Shown: positions 30,183 through 39,675 of the stretch, piece after piece
Numbering within the stretch: the stretch's first letter is position 1
How the letters are laid out: each line of letters opens with the position of its first letter
Source: Acidimicrobiia bacterium
GTDB lineage: Bacteria > Actinomycetota > Acidimicrobiia > Spongiisociales > UBA11373
Reading direction: 5' to 3'
Length of the DNA stretch: 64,000 nucleotides
Assembly (NCBI GenBank): GCA_016215655.1
Contig: JACRIT010000004.1
Location: 13,492 to 77,491 of the forward strand
Notes under the pieces: generated by a model
Told to the model about the DNA's origin: nothing
Seen by the model: only the letters and a program-made list of their open reading frames with translations
Database searches by the model: none
Translations under genes and position numbers: made by a program

Positions 30183-30665
30183 ATGTACCTCGACCTCATC
30201 GCCCGTGCCTTTCGTCGCAACGATCGGATCGTCGCGGCCCACGCCGAAGGCCTCACGGATACCGATGCCCTGCGCCAGTCGGGCTTCAACACGAACTGCC
30301 TCAACTGGGTGCTTGGGCACATCGTGGCCGGACGCGACGAGATCCTGAGCGTGCTCGGCCAACCCGTCGTCGCCGGGGATCGCGTGGCCCGCTACCACCG
30401 GGAGTCCGATCCGATTCGCGAGGACGGTCCGGGTGTGATCCCGATGACCGAGTTGCTCGTGCTCCTCAACCAGCAGAGCGATCGCATCGTCGCCGCTCTC
30501 GATGGCGCCGACGACGCCTTCATGGAGGTCGAGGTCGCCGCCGGAGAAGGACGGGCGGTGAGCCGTGCCGGGCAGGTGCTCTTCTTCTACTTCCACGAGA
30601 CCTATCACGTCGGACAGACCGACGTGATCCGACAGCTCAGCGGGAAGTCGGACAAGATCATCTGA
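30183..30665 (+). CDS. DinB_2 family (mycothiol-dependent-enzyme-like) protein
   Basis: 160 aa with a DinB-type helical bundle and His triad. Confidence 0.55.
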   Translation: MYLDLIARAFRRNDRIVAAHAEGLTDTDALRQSGFNTNCLNWVLGHIVAGRDEILSVLGQPVVAGDRVARYHRESDPIREDGPGVIPMTELLVLLNQQSDRIVAALDGADDAFMEVEVAAGEGRAVSRAGQVLFFYFHETYHVGQTDVIRQLSGKSDKII

Positions 30666-30782
30666 GCGAGGAAGTCGCCAGTCCCCAGTCTCCAGTCCCC
30701 ATCAGGAACACGAGCAAGCTCTGTCGGGTAGCGGGCAACGGGCAACGCAACCGAGGACTGGTGATCGCCTAGGGGTGACTGC
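30666..30782. repeat. heptamer element 'G' (CCAGTCY units, inverted relative to F, plus GGGCAAC units)
   Basis: ccagtccccagtctccagtcccc, then gggcaacgggcaacg, then ggactggtga. Confidence 0.6.
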
Positions 30783-31598
30783 TCATTCCAGCAAGTGCCT
30801 CAGCGCCTCGCGGAAGTCCTCGGCGAGGTCGGGGCGGGCGAGGCCGACGGCGGCGGTGGCTTCGAGAAGGCCGGCGGGACGGCCGATATCGAGAAGGTCA
30901 TCGCCGACGATGAGTCCGAATGCCCCGCCGCGGCGGGCGGCGCGATCGAGCGCATCGGTGAGCTGGATCTCGCCGCCGTGGCCGGGGGAGAGTGCGGCGA
31001 GGTCGGCGAAGATCTCGGCGGTGAACACATATCGTCCGACAAGGCCGAGGTCTGACGGTGCTTCGGCGCCAGGCTTCTCCACGGCCGCCTCGATCTCGAC
31101 GACGTCACCCATCACGTTCTCCCCGATCGCCACGATGCCATAACGGTCGAAGAAGTGGGCGGGGACCCGTCGCACCGCCGCCACGGGGCGGCCATCGAAG
31201 AGCGACACGAGGCGTGGGGTGAATGATCGGCCGGGTCGGGGGAACATGTCCGAGAGCAGGCAGACGAAGGGTCGATCACCGACCGCATCGCGGGCTCGCA
31301 GCACCGCATCACCCAGGCCGAGCGGGTGGGTCTGGATGACCGACCGGAACGTCACGGACTCCAGGCCCGGCACCGCATCCCCACCGACGAAGTGGGCGAC
31401 GACCGGATCCCCGGGGCGCTCGTCGACGATGAGGATGATCTCGGTGACCCCGGCCGCGGCGGCCTCTTCGACGACATATTGGATCACCGGTCGATCGACG
31501 ACGGGAATCAGGGGCTTGGGCACCACCCGCGTCGCCGGGCGCATCCGCGTGCCACTCCCGGCGCAGGGGATGACCGCGACGGTGACGGGGGTGGGCAC
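30783..31598 (-). CDS. galU: UTP--glucose-1-phosphate uridylyltransferase-like sugar nucleotidyltransferase
   Basis: N-terminal VIPCAGSGTRMRP nucleotidyltransferase motif; GalU-like length. Confidence 0.7.
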   Translation of the reverse strand: MPTPVTVAVIPCAGSGTRMRPATRVVPKPLIPVVDRPVIQYVVEEAAAAGVTEIILIVDERPGDPVVAHFVGGDAVPGLESVTFRSVIQTHPLGLGDAVLRARDAVGDRPFVCLLSDMFPRPGRSFTPRLVSLFDGRPVAAVRRVPAHFFDRYGIVAIGENVMGDVVEIEAAVEKPGAEAPSDLGLVGRYVFTAEIFADLAALSPGHGGEIQLTDALDRAARRGGAFGLIVGDDLLDIGRPAGLLEATAAVGLARPDLAEDFREALRHLLE

Positions 31599-31604
31599 GG
31601 GGCA

Positions 31605-31705
31605 AGGGTACCGGAAGGAGTATTCAGTCCTCAGTCTTCAGAATGAGAACCTTGTTCGGGCTGACGACTGATGACTGATGACTGATGACTGATGACTGAT
31701 GACTC
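31605..31705. repeat. heptamer element 'H' (CAGTCYT units plus about 6 CTGATGA units)
   Basis: In the divergent region between galU and nucS; the array ends 18 nt upstream of the nucS ATG. Confidence 0.7.
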
Positions 31706-31722
31706 GTTTACCCTCCGACGCC

Positions 31723-32388
31723 ATGCGACTGCTGGTGGCCAGGTGCTCGGTCGACTACACGGGTCGCCTTGCGGCGCATCTCCCCATGGCGATACGACTC
31801 ATCATGGTGAAGGCCGACGGATGCGTGGCGATCCATGCCGACGGCGGCGCCTACAAGCCCCTCAACTGGATGAACGCGCCGAATCACCTCGAGGAATCGC
31901 CGGGACGGTGGGTGGTCACCAATCCCAAGGGCGAGAGCCTGGTGATCACCCTCGAGGACGTCATCGAAGACCGGTCCATCGAACTGGGGCCGGATCCGGG
32001 CCTCGAGAAGGACGGTGTCGAGAGGACGCTGCAGCATCTGCTCGCCGACCGGGCCGCGGTGATCGAGCCCGGCCTGGAGATCCTCGAGCGGGAGTACGCC
32101 ACCGACCTCGGTCCCGTCGACCTGTTGTGCCGCGACATCGGCGGCCAGGTCGTCGCCGTGGAGATCAAGCGTCGCGGTGAGATCGACGGTGTCGAGCAAC
32201 TCACCCGGTACCTCGAACGTCTCAATCGCGACACCACGCTCGCTCCCGTGCGCGGCATCCTTGCCGCCATGACCGTCACCCCGCAGGCCCGGACGCTGGC
32301 CGCGGCGAGGGGCATCGGCTGGGTCGAGGTCGACTACGACCTGCTGCGCGGCCTGGAGGGCAGGGCGCCGCGGTTGTTCGAGGTGTGA
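31723..32388 (+). CDS. nucS: endonuclease NucS (EndoMS, mismatch-specific)
   Basis: [16 protein letters not shown]... aligns over the full length with mycobacterial NucS; an alternative ATG at 31699 lies inside the last CTGATGA unit. Confidence 0.85.
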   Translation: MRLLVARCSVDYTGRLAAHLPMAIRLIMVKADGCVAIHADGGAYKPLNWMNAPNHLEESPGRWVVTNPKGESLVITLEDVIEDRSIELGPDPGLEKDGVERTLQHLLADRAAVIEPGLEILEREYATDLGPVDLLCRDIGGQVVAVEIKRRGEIDGVEQLTRYLERLNRDTTLAPVRGILAAMTVTPQARTLAAARGIGWVEVDYDLLRGLEGRAPRLFEV

Positions 32389-32466
32389 GTCCTCAGTCCT
32401 CAGTGAGAGGATCGAAGAGCGGAGAGAGCCGACGATCACTCTGTCTGATGACTGATGACTGATGAC
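32389..32466. repeat. heptamer element 'I' (CAGTCCT units plus about 3 CTGATGA units; direct repeat of H)
   Basis: Between the convergent nucS and sigma-factor stops. Confidence 0.65.
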
Positions 32467-33399
32467 TCAAAGCAGGCTCTCCAGGTCGAATCCGCTCGAG
32501 GGGTGGCGCAGCTTGGCGAGGGCCCTGCCTTCGATCTGTCGGACTCGTTCCCGGGTGAGATCGAATGCCTTGCCGACATCGGACAGGGTTCGCGGCGGGG
32601 TCCCATTCAGGCCATATCGCTGCACGATCACGGCGCGCTCCTGTTCGTCGAGCGCGGTCATCGCCGATTCGAGTTGGCGGCGGGCGGAAGCACCGGCGGC
32701 GACCTCAAAGGGGTCGAGTGCTGCCTCGTCTTCGACGAAGTCACCGAGTTCGGCATCGCCGTCCGTTCCGACGGGACGCTCCAGCGACACGGTGTCACCG
32801 GGAGTCGTGAGCGCAAAGGCGACCCGTTCCAGGTCGAGACCCGACACCAGGGCGATCTCCTGCATGGTCGGCTGGCGCCGGAGCCGCTCTTGCAGGCTCA
32901 GCGCCGTCTCCTGGACGGTGCGCACCACATCGACCATGTGCACCGGGAGGCGGATCGTCCGGCCCTGGTTTCCCAGACCGCGGGTGATGGCCTGGCGAAT
33001 CCACCACGTCGCATATGTGGAGAACTTGAAGCCCTTTCGCCAGTCGAACTTCTCCACGGCTCGGATCAGTCCGAGGTTGCCCTCCTGCACGAGGTCGAGC
33101 AGGTCGAGGCCACGGCCGGTGTAGCGCTTGGCGATCGAGATGACGAGGCGGAGGTTGCTCCGGATGAACTCCGCCTTGGCCTCGTCGGCAGCGTGGATGT
33201 CGCGATACAGGCGGGCTCGTTCCGTCGGGGTGAGGCGGCCCTTGACGTCGAGGGTCTGCTGGGCACGCCGGCCGGCTTCCATCGCCCGTGACAGCCGGAC
33301 TTCATCCTCGGCGGTGAGCAGGTCATGGGCAGCGACGGATTCGAGGTACATCCCGATGCCGTCGGACAGTGGTGCCGTTTCGCGCAGCCGCTTGGCCAC
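32467..33399 (-). CDS. RNA polymerase sigma-70 family factor (group 2, SigB-like)
   Basis: Regions 1.2, 2 (DLVQEGNLGLIRAVEKFD), 3 and 4 present; GTG start after GGGAGGAG. Confidence 0.85.
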   Translation of the reverse strand: MAKRLRETAPLSDGIGMYLESVAAHDLLTAEDEVRLSRAMEAGRRAQQTLDVKGRLTPTERARLYRDIHAADEAKAEFIRSNLRLVISIAKRYTGRGLDLLDLVQEGNLGLIRAVEKFDWRKGFKFSTYATWWIRQAITRGLGNQGRTIRLPVHMVDVVRTVQETALSLQERLRRQPTMQEIALVSGLDLERVAFALTTPGDTVSLERPVGTDGDAELGDFVEDEAALDPFEVAAGASARRQLESAMTALDEQERAVIVQRYGLNGTPPRTLSDVGKAFDLTRERVRQIEGRALAKLRHPSSGFDLESLL

Positions 33400-33592
33400 G
33401 GACTCCTCCCTGGGAGGGCAAGACGGTATCACCGGCTCATTCCGGGCTGCAACCGGTGTCCCCAACCTGGGTGTGGACAGCCGGATCGACTCATCCACAG
33501 GGGATACCCCGTGCCCACTCGAATCGCGGTGAGTTGTCCACAGCGACGGCCCGGCACCTTTCCCCAAGGCCAGGGGCCCCTAGGGTGCCGCC

Positions 33593-34270
33593 ATGGACGA
33601 CCTCGCCGCCCGCATCGCCTCCTGCCGGGCTTGTCCCCGGCTGGTGTCGTGGCGGGAACGCGTCGCCCGGGAAAGGCGGGCCGCCTTTGCCGGTGAGGAG
33701 TACTGGGGACGGCCCGTGCCCGGATTCGGTGATCCCGCAGGGCGACTGCTGGTGGTGGGTCTGGCTCCGGCGGCGCACGGCGCCAATCGCACCGGCCGAA
33801 TGTTCACCGGTGACCGTTCCGGAGACTGGTTGTTCCGGGCCCTCCATCGCTCCGGTTTCGCCAGCCAGCCCACGTCGACGGGTCGAGACGATGGGCTGCG
33901 GCTGCGGGACTGCTGGATCACCGCTGCGGTGCGCTGCGCCCCGCCGGGAAATCGGCCGGAACCGGACGAGCGCGAGCGATGCCGGCACTGGCTGGAGGAG
34001 GAACTCGACCTGCTTCGGGACGTGCGGGTGGTCGTCTGTCTCGGCCAGCTGTCATGGACGGCCATGCTCGGGCTCTTCGCCGACCGTGGTGTCGTCGTGC
34101 CTCGGCCGCGACCGGCGTTTCGACACCTCGCCGTCGTGGAGACCTCGGGACCGACGATCGTCGCCTCCTATCACCCGAGCCAGCAGAACACCTTCACCGG
34201 AAGGCTCACCGAGGACATGCTCGACGCGGTGTTCACCCGGGTGCGGGCGATCCTCCCCGATCTTGGGTAG
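33593..34270 (+). CDS. uracil-DNA glycosylase, family 5 (UdgB-like, 4Fe-4S)
   Basis: GLAPAAHG motif A and Cys ligands (CRACPRL ...). Confidence 0.7.
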   Translation: MDDLAARIASCRACPRLVSWRERVARERRAAFAGEEYWGRPVPGFGDPAGRLLVVGLAPAAHGANRTGRMFTGDRSGDWLFRALHRSGFASQPTSTGRDDGLRLRDCWITAAVRCAPPGNRPEPDERERCRHWLEEELDLLRDVRVVVCLGQLSWTAMLGLFADRGVVVPRPRPAFRHLAVVETSGPTIVASYHPSQQNTFTGRLTEDMLDAVFTRVRAILPDLG

Positions 34271-34321
34271 GGGCACCCGCGCCGATACCATGCCGGGTCG
34301 TCGAGCCGAGGTCCTGCCGCG

Positions 34322-35548
34322 GTGCTCCCCATCGATCAAACCACCCACGAACGCGTGACGGCCGCACTGTCGGGGCGGGCCGCCGAGCGGGCGCGCGCCG
34401 GGTGGGTGGCGTTCCGCGAACTCGAGATGCCGTCCGAGCGTCTCGAGCAATGGCGATACGTGCACCCGGGGATCGACCTCGGCGCCTTTGGTCTTCCCGA
34501 CCGGGCAGGCAGGCCGCACCCCGCGGTGCTCGGAGGACCGTGGTCGGCATCGGCGGTGAATGTCGATGGCCGCACGGTGGCAGCCCAGGATGGTGACGGA
34601 GTCGAGGTGGCGGCGCTCGCCACCCAGTCCGACCAGGGCCCGACCGTGGCGATCGCGGACCGATTCGAGGCGATGCACGAAGCATTCAGCTCGGACGGGG
34701 TGCTCGTCACCGTTCCCCGCGGTGCCGCGGTCGCCGACCCGGTGCTCATCGATCTCCAGGCGGTCACCCCCGACTCCGCATCGGCGCCTCGTATTCGCAT
34801 CGTCGCCGCGGCATCGTCGCAAGTGGCCGTGGTGGTCCACGAGCGGTCGCCCGACGGGATGCCGGCTCTCGTCGTTCCACGATTCGAGATCGAAGTCGAC
34901 AATGGTGCCCGGGTGCATCTCATCGTCATCCAGCAATGGGGCGACGAGACTGCTGCCGTCGCCCGCCATCACTACGTGGCCGGTCGCGATGCCACCGTCG
35001 GTCTCGCCGAGGCAGGTCTCGGCGGCAGGTTCTCCCGACTCCATCTCTCGGTCGACCTCATCGGTGATGGGTCCTCGGCCGACATCGTCGGCGCCTACTT
35101 CGGTGATCACTCCCAGACACTCGACTACCGCTACTTCCTGCGCCACGCCGCCCGGGGCACCACCTCGGAGATGTTCCTCAAGGGCGCCGTCGCCGGACAG
35201 AGCCGCTCCGTGTTCAGCGGGCTCATCCGGATCGAGCGCGAAGGCCAGAAGACAAGCGCCCATCAGACGAATCGCAATCTCGTGCTCTCAGACGGGGCTG
35301 ATGCCCATTCGGTGCCGAATCTCGAGATCCTTGCCGATGATGTGCGCTGCGGGCACGGGTCGGCGGTGGGACCCCTCGACGAGGAGCAGCGCTACTACCT
35401 CATGAGCCGCGGTCTCGATCGGATGCGGGCCGATCGCCTCCAGGTCAAGGGCTTCTTCGAAGAGGCCCTGGTACGGTTCCCCGTGCTGCGGTTCGAACCG
35501 GTGCTGCGAGCGGCGCTCATGGCCAAGTATGCCGGGGTCACGGCATGA
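34322..35548 (+). CDS. sufD: Fe-S cluster assembly protein SufD
   Basis: GTG start; SufD beta-helix-like sequence over the full length. Confidence 0.8.
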   Translation: MLPIDQTTHERVTAALSGRAAERARAGWVAFRELEMPSERLEQWRYVHPGIDLGAFGLPDRAGRPHPAVLGGPWSASAVNVDGRTVAAQDGDGVEVAALATQSDQGPTVAIADRFEAMHEAFSSDGVLVTVPRGAAVADPVLIDLQAVTPDSASAPRIRIVAAASSQVAVVVHERSPDGMPALVVPRFEIEVDNGARVHLIVIQQWGDETAAVARHHYVAGRDATVGLAEAGLGGRFSRLHLSVDLIGDGSSADIVGAYFGDHSQTLDYRYFLRHAARGTTSEMFLKGAVAGQSRSVFSGLIRIEREGQKTSAHQTNRNLVLSDGADAHSVPNLEILADDVRCGHGSAVGPLDEEQRYYLMSRGLDRMRADRLQVKGFFEEALVRFPVLRFEPVLRAALMAKYAGVTA

Positions 35549-35877
35549 CCCTTCGGGTGCGCCTCGCCGCGCTTGCCGACCTTCCGGTGGGGAAGGGGAC
35601 CTGTGTCGCCGTCGCCGGACACCGCATTGCGATCTTCCGCTTCGGCGACGCCATCCATGCCATCGGTGATCGCTGCAGCCATGCCGAGGCGTCGCTCGCC
35701 GAGGGTGAGGTGTTCGATGGAACGGTCGAGTGCCCCCGGCACGGATCGGCGTTCGATCTGATCACCGGCATCCCGGTCTCGCTCCCTGCCACCCGGCCGG
35801 TGGAGGTCTACGCGATCGAAGTCGTCGACGGCGAGGTGTTCACGACGCTCGACCCGATCGTCGAGGACGAGTCATGA
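35545..35877 (+). CDS. Rieske [2Fe-2S] ferredoxin (suf-associated)
   Basis: CSH...CPRHG boxes; ATGA overlap with both sufD and sufC. Confidence 0.75.
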   Translation: MTLRVRLAALADLPVGKGTCVAVAGHRIAIFRFGDAIHAIGDRCSHAEASLAEGEVFDGTVECPRHGSAFDLITGIPVSLPATRPVEVYAIEVVDGEVFTTLDPIVEDES

Positions 35878-36635
35878 GTGCTGCCCTCAGGGTCGCCGGA
35901 CTCGACGTGCGGCTCGGTGAACTCCACATCATCCGAAACCTCGACCTCGAGGTCCCGTTCGGAGAACTCCACGTGATGATGGGGCCGAACGGGTCGGGGA
36001 AGTCGACACTGTGTCACGCGCTCATGGGCCGACCCGGATACCTGGTCTCCGGAGTCGCCGAAGTGGGCGGCGTGGACGTTCTTGGACTCGAGGTCGACCG
36101 GCGCGCCGCAGCCGGCCTCTTCGAGGTGTTCCAGTATCCCGTCGAGATCCCGGGGGTGACCCTGCGCGACCTGATCGCCGAGATGGCCGAGGCAGGGGGA
36201 GAGGCGATCGGTCATCGTGCCGTGGAGGTGGCGGCGCGACTCGACACCTCGTCGTTCTGGGACCGACCCGTCAATGTCGGCCTCTCCGGAGGAGAGAAGA
36301 AGCGCTCCGAGATGACGCAGTTACTGGCGCTGGCGCCGCGTATGGCCATCCTCGACGAACTCGACTCCGGCCTCGACGTGGACGCGGTGCGCGAGGTCGC
36401 CGAAGCAGTGCAGCACATGCGTGGCCCGGATCTCGGGGTCCTGGTGATCACCCACTACACCCGGGTGCTGCGATATCTCGAGGTCGACCGGGTGCACGTC
36501 ATGCTCGACGGTCGCATCGTCCAGAGTGGCGATCGCAGCCTCGCCGACCGCCTCGACACCGAGGGCTACGACGGTCTGCGCACCAGTCTCGGCATGAGCC
36601 ATCCGGAGGGTGATTCCTTTCTGACGGGGCTGTAG
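35874..36635 (+). CDS. sufC: Fe-S cluster assembly ATPase SufC (divergent paralog 1)
   Basis: Walker A GPNGSGKST, signature LSGGEKKR, Walker B ILDELDSGLD, H-loop ITHY. Confidence 0.8.
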   Translation: MSAALRVAGLDVRLGELHIIRNLDLEVPFGELHVMMGPNGSGKSTLCHALMGRPGYLVSGVAEVGGVDVLGLEVDRRAAAGLFEVFQYPVEIPGVTLRDLIAEMAEAGGEAIGHRAVEVAARLDTSSFWDRPVNVGLSGGEKKRSEMTQLLALAPRMAILDELDSGLDVDAVREVAEAVQHMRGPDLGVLVITHYTRVLRYLEVDRVHVMLDGRIVQSGDRSLADRLDTEGYDGLRTSLGMSHPEGDSFLTGL

Positions 36636-36894
36636 GAAGCGCGATGCGCAATGCGCAATGCGCAATGCGCAAGTCCCGGAGGCCGCAATTCGCAACTCGC
36701 AATTCGCACGACGCGTGCCACACACCGGGCGCGTCTGGCGAATTGCGCCGAGAACCGCTCTCTGTCCCGGATCCCGAGCCATGCGACTACGTCCCAAGAG
36801 CGGACAGGGACTGACGAATTGAGCATTGCGGGCTCTGACAGACGGCCGTGCGGAGACGCCTAGCCTTCCCTCAGATTGCGAAGGAGGACGCCGG
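36636..36894. repeat. structured repeat 'J' (GCGCAAT and GCAATTC arrays plus a GAATTGC-box core, inverted relative to K and M)
   Basis: The reverse complement of J's core aligns at about 80% with the core of M (cccgcaatg..caa.tcgtcagtccc...atggctcgggatc.gggac...ggttctcggcgcaattcg). Confidence 0.65.
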
Positions 36895-38274
36895 ATGCGC
36901 ACCGAACGTGACTCGATGGGGGAGATGCTGGTTCCCGACGATGCCTACTACGGCGCCTCCACCCAGCGGGCGGTGGAGAACTTCCCGATCTCGAACCTCC
37001 GTCTCGGCAGGCGGATGATCGCCGCACTCGGCATGATCAAGTCGGCGGCCGCCGAGGAGAATGCCGCCCGCGGCATCGTGGCGGGAGAGATCGCCGGAGC
37101 CATCCGTGCCGCTGCCGAGGAGGTGGCGGCGGGGACCCTCGACGACCAGTTCGTCCTCGACGTGTTCCAGACCGGGTCCGGCACTTCATCGAACATGAAC
37201 GCCAACGAGGTGATTGCCAACCGCGCCAACGAGCTGCTCGGCGAGCCCCGAGGCAGCAAGAAGGTGCACCCCAATGATCACGTGAACGCGGGCCAGTCCT
37301 CGAATGACGTGATCCCCACCGCGATCCATATCGCCGCCGTGGCCGCTATGCGTGAAGACACCATTCCGGCCCTCGAGCGGCTCGCCGCCGCCCTCGAGCA
37401 CAAAGCCGAGGAGTTCGATCACATCGTGAAGGCCGGCCGCACCCACCTCATGGATGCCACTCCGATCCGTCTGGGCCAGGAGTTCAGCGGGTATGCAGCC
37501 CAGGTCCGGCTGGGAGTGCGTCGCCTCGAGGCCGCCCTTCCGGGCCTCGAGGAGCTCGCCCTGGGCGGAACGGCGGTTGGGACCGGCATCAACACGCCGG
37601 CCGGATTCGCCGCCGGGGTGATCGGGCGCATGGCCGAGCGCACCGGCTACCCGTTCACGGAAGCCGCCAATCACTTCGAGGCACAGGCGGCCAAAGACGC
37701 CACCGTGTTCGCCAGCGGAGCACTGAAGACCGTGGGGGTGTCGCTCTTCAAGATCGCCAACGATCTGCGATGGCTCGGCTCGGGGCCGCGCACCGCCATC
37801 GGGGAGATCAGCCTGCCGGCCACCCAGCCCGGCTCATCGATCATGCCCGGAAAGGTGAATCCGGTCATGGCCGAGTCGGTGATGCAGGTGGTGGCCCAGG
37901 TGGTCGGCAACGATGCCACCGTGACCTGGGCGGGCGCCAACGGCAACCTCGAGCTCAACGTGATGATGCCGGTGCTGGCCCACAACCTCATCGAGTCGGC
38001 GGAGCTGATCGGCTCGGTCTGCGATGCCTTCCGGGAGAAGTGCGTCGAGGGCATCAAGGCGAATGAGGAGCGGGCGGCGATGCTGCTCGACCAGAACATC
38101 TCGATCGTCACCGCCCTCGCTCCGAAGATCGGATACGACAAGTCCGCCGAGATCGCCAAGAAGGCGTTTGCCACCGGCAAGGGCGTCCGTGAGGTTGCGC
38201 TCGAGGTCTCCGGACTCAGCGCCGCGGAGCTCGACCGCGCCCTCGACCTCTACCCGATGACCGAGGGCGGGTAG
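36895..38274 (+). CDS. fumC: class II fumarate hydratase (fumarase C; aspartase not excluded)
   Basis: ATG after GAAGGAGG; signature [11 protein letters not shown] within context [10 protein letters not shown], closer to FumC. Confidence 0.75.
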   Translation: MRTERDSMGEMLVPDDAYYGASTQRAVENFPISNLRLGRRMIAALGMIKSAAAEENAARGIVAGEIAGAIRAAAEEVAAGTLDDQFVLDVFQTGSGTSSNMNANEVIANRANELLGEPRGSKKVHPNDHVNAGQSSNDVIPTAIHIAAVAAMREDTIPALERLAAALEHKAEEFDHIVKAGRTHLMDATPIRLGQEFSGYAAQVRLGVRRLEAALPGLEELALGGTAVGTGINTPAGFAAGVIGRMAERTGYPFTEAANHFEAQAAKDATVFASGALKTVGVSLFKIANDLRWLGSGPRTAIGEISLPATQPGSSIMPGKVNPVMAESVMQVVAQVVGNDATVTWAGANGNLELNVMMPVLAHNLIESAELIGSVCDAFREKCVEGIKANEERAAMLLDQNISIVTALAPKIGYDKSAEIAKKAFATGKGVREVALEVSGLSAAELDRALDLYPMTEGG

Positions 38275-38443
38275 GCAGGGCGGCCGCCGGAGGCGGCCAC
38301 CGCAATTCGTCAGTCCCGCGGCTCGCGTCGGGTCGGTTCGATTGGCTTGGGACCTGGGACTGCGGCCGCCGCTCGGCGCAATTCGTTAGGCGCCCCAGGC
38401 CCAGGCGCGACGCTCTGACGAATTGCGAATTGCGAATTGCCTT
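38275..38443. repeat. structured repeat 'K' (GAATTGC-box core ending in about 3 GAATTGC units)
   Basis: About 70% identical to M over about 140 bp; abuts the left inverted repeat of the IS30 element. Confidence 0.65.
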
Positions 38444-39645
38444 GGCTTCAAGTGGTGGTCGCGACGTCTGACCTCGAGGAGGGGTTATGGGACGTCGGAA
38501 GACCGGCTGGGGCGTGGCGCGGGTGGCGTTGTTCGAGTTGGGTCGGGGGGCGACGTTGCTGGTGGCGGCGCGGGCCGCCGGGGTGTCGGTAGCGACGGTG
38601 ATCCGGTTGGCGGCCGAGTATGGGGTGATGCCACTGCCAGCTGCCAGGCCCCGAGAGAACGCGTTGACGGTTGCCGAGCGTGAGGAGGTTTTGTTGGGTA
38701 TCAGTCGGGATGAGTCGGATGCTTCGATCGGCCGCCGGTTGGGGCGGCATCGGGGCACCATCGGCCGTGAGATCCGTGCCGGTGGAGGCAGGGGACGGTA
38801 TCGGGCTCACCTCGGTCAGGATCGGGCGGAACGGGCGGCGCGGCGGAACCGGCCGAGGTGGTGGCAGACCCGCCCCTGGTTGTGGGACGAGGTGTGCCGG
38901 CTCTTGGAGGAGAAGTGGTCGCCGCAACAGATCGCCGGACGGTTACGCACCGATCATCCCGATGAGCCAGCATGGTGGGTGTCGCACGAGTCGATCTACC
39001 AGGCGATCTACGTCCAGCCCAAAGGTGAGCTGAAAAGCCGCATCGTCAAGGCCTTGCGCCAACCACGAGAGCGTCGACGGCCCCGGGCCAAGGTGGCCCC
39101 AACCCCGGGTCAGGGTCGTATCCCCGAGATGATCAACATCTCCCAACGGCCCGCCGAAGCCAACGACCGGGCGGTGCCCGGCCACTGGGAAGGAGACCTA
39201 CTCATCGGCGCCCACGGCAGCTCCGCGGTCGCCACCCTGGTGGAACGCTCTACCCGCTTCGGAGTCCTCATCGCCCTCGACAACCACACCGCCACCCATG
39301 TCGCCGAACGAATCGCCCAAGCCGCCGCCACCCTGCCCGAACATCTGAAACGATCCCTCACCTGGGACCAAGGCAAAGAACTCGCCACCCACACCAGCTT
39401 CTCGACCGCCACCGACATCCCGGTGTTCTTCTGCGACCCCGCCTCACCATGGCAACGAGGCACTAACGAGAACTGGAACGGTCTCGTCCGCCAATACCTC
39501 CCCAAAGGCACCGACCTCAGCCACCACACCCAAGACCAACTCGACGCCATCGCCGCCAGCCTCAACAACCGACCACGCCAAACCCTCGGATGGAATACTC
39601 CCGCCGAACGATTCAACCAACTCGTCGCGGCCAACCCTTGAGACC
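38444..39645 (+). mobile_element. IS30-family insertion sequence (about 1.2 kb) with imperfect terminal inverted repeats
   Basis: IRL ggcttcaagtggtggtcgcgacg versus reverse complement of IRR ggtctcaagggttggccgcgacg (19 of 23 match); IRR overlaps the transposase 3' end as in IS30; both flanks carry GAATTGC arrays. Confidence 0.75.
38487..39641 (+). CDS. IS30 family transposase
   Basis: HTH N-terminus and DDE catalytic core with IS30 hallmarks ([28 protein letters not shown]); RBS GAGGAGGGG. Confidence 0.9.
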   Translation: MGRRKTGWGVARVALFELGRGATLLVAARAAGVSVATVIRLAAEYGVMPLPAARPRENALTVAEREEVLLGISRDESDASIGRRLGRHRGTIGREIRAGGGRGRYRAHLGQDRAERAARRNRPRWWQTRPWLWDEVCRLLEEKWSPQQIAGRLRTDHPDEPAWWVSHESIYQAIYVQPKGELKSRIVKALRQPRERRRPRAKVAPTPGQGRIPEMINISQRPAEANDRAVPGHWEGDLLIGAHGSSAVATLVERSTRFGVLIALDNHTATHVAERIAQAAATLPEHLKRSLTWDQGKELATHTSFSTATDIPVFFCDPASPWQRGTNENWNGLVRQYLPKGTDLSHHTQDQLDAIAASLNNRPRQTLGWNTPAERFNQLVAANP

Positions 39646-39675
39646 GCAGCGAATTGCGAATTGCCAATCGCCGCC
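39646..39675. repeat. GAATTGC array 'L' (right flank of the IS30 element)
   Basis: gcagcgaattgcgaattgccaatcgcc. Confidence 0.6.

Noticed and set aside
31699-31722. Upstream ATG (31699) as the nucS start
   Set aside because: Homology to mycobacterial NucS begins at the second Met ([12 protein letters not shown], 31723); the upstream ATG belongs to the last CTGATGA repeat unit. Kept only as an alternative.
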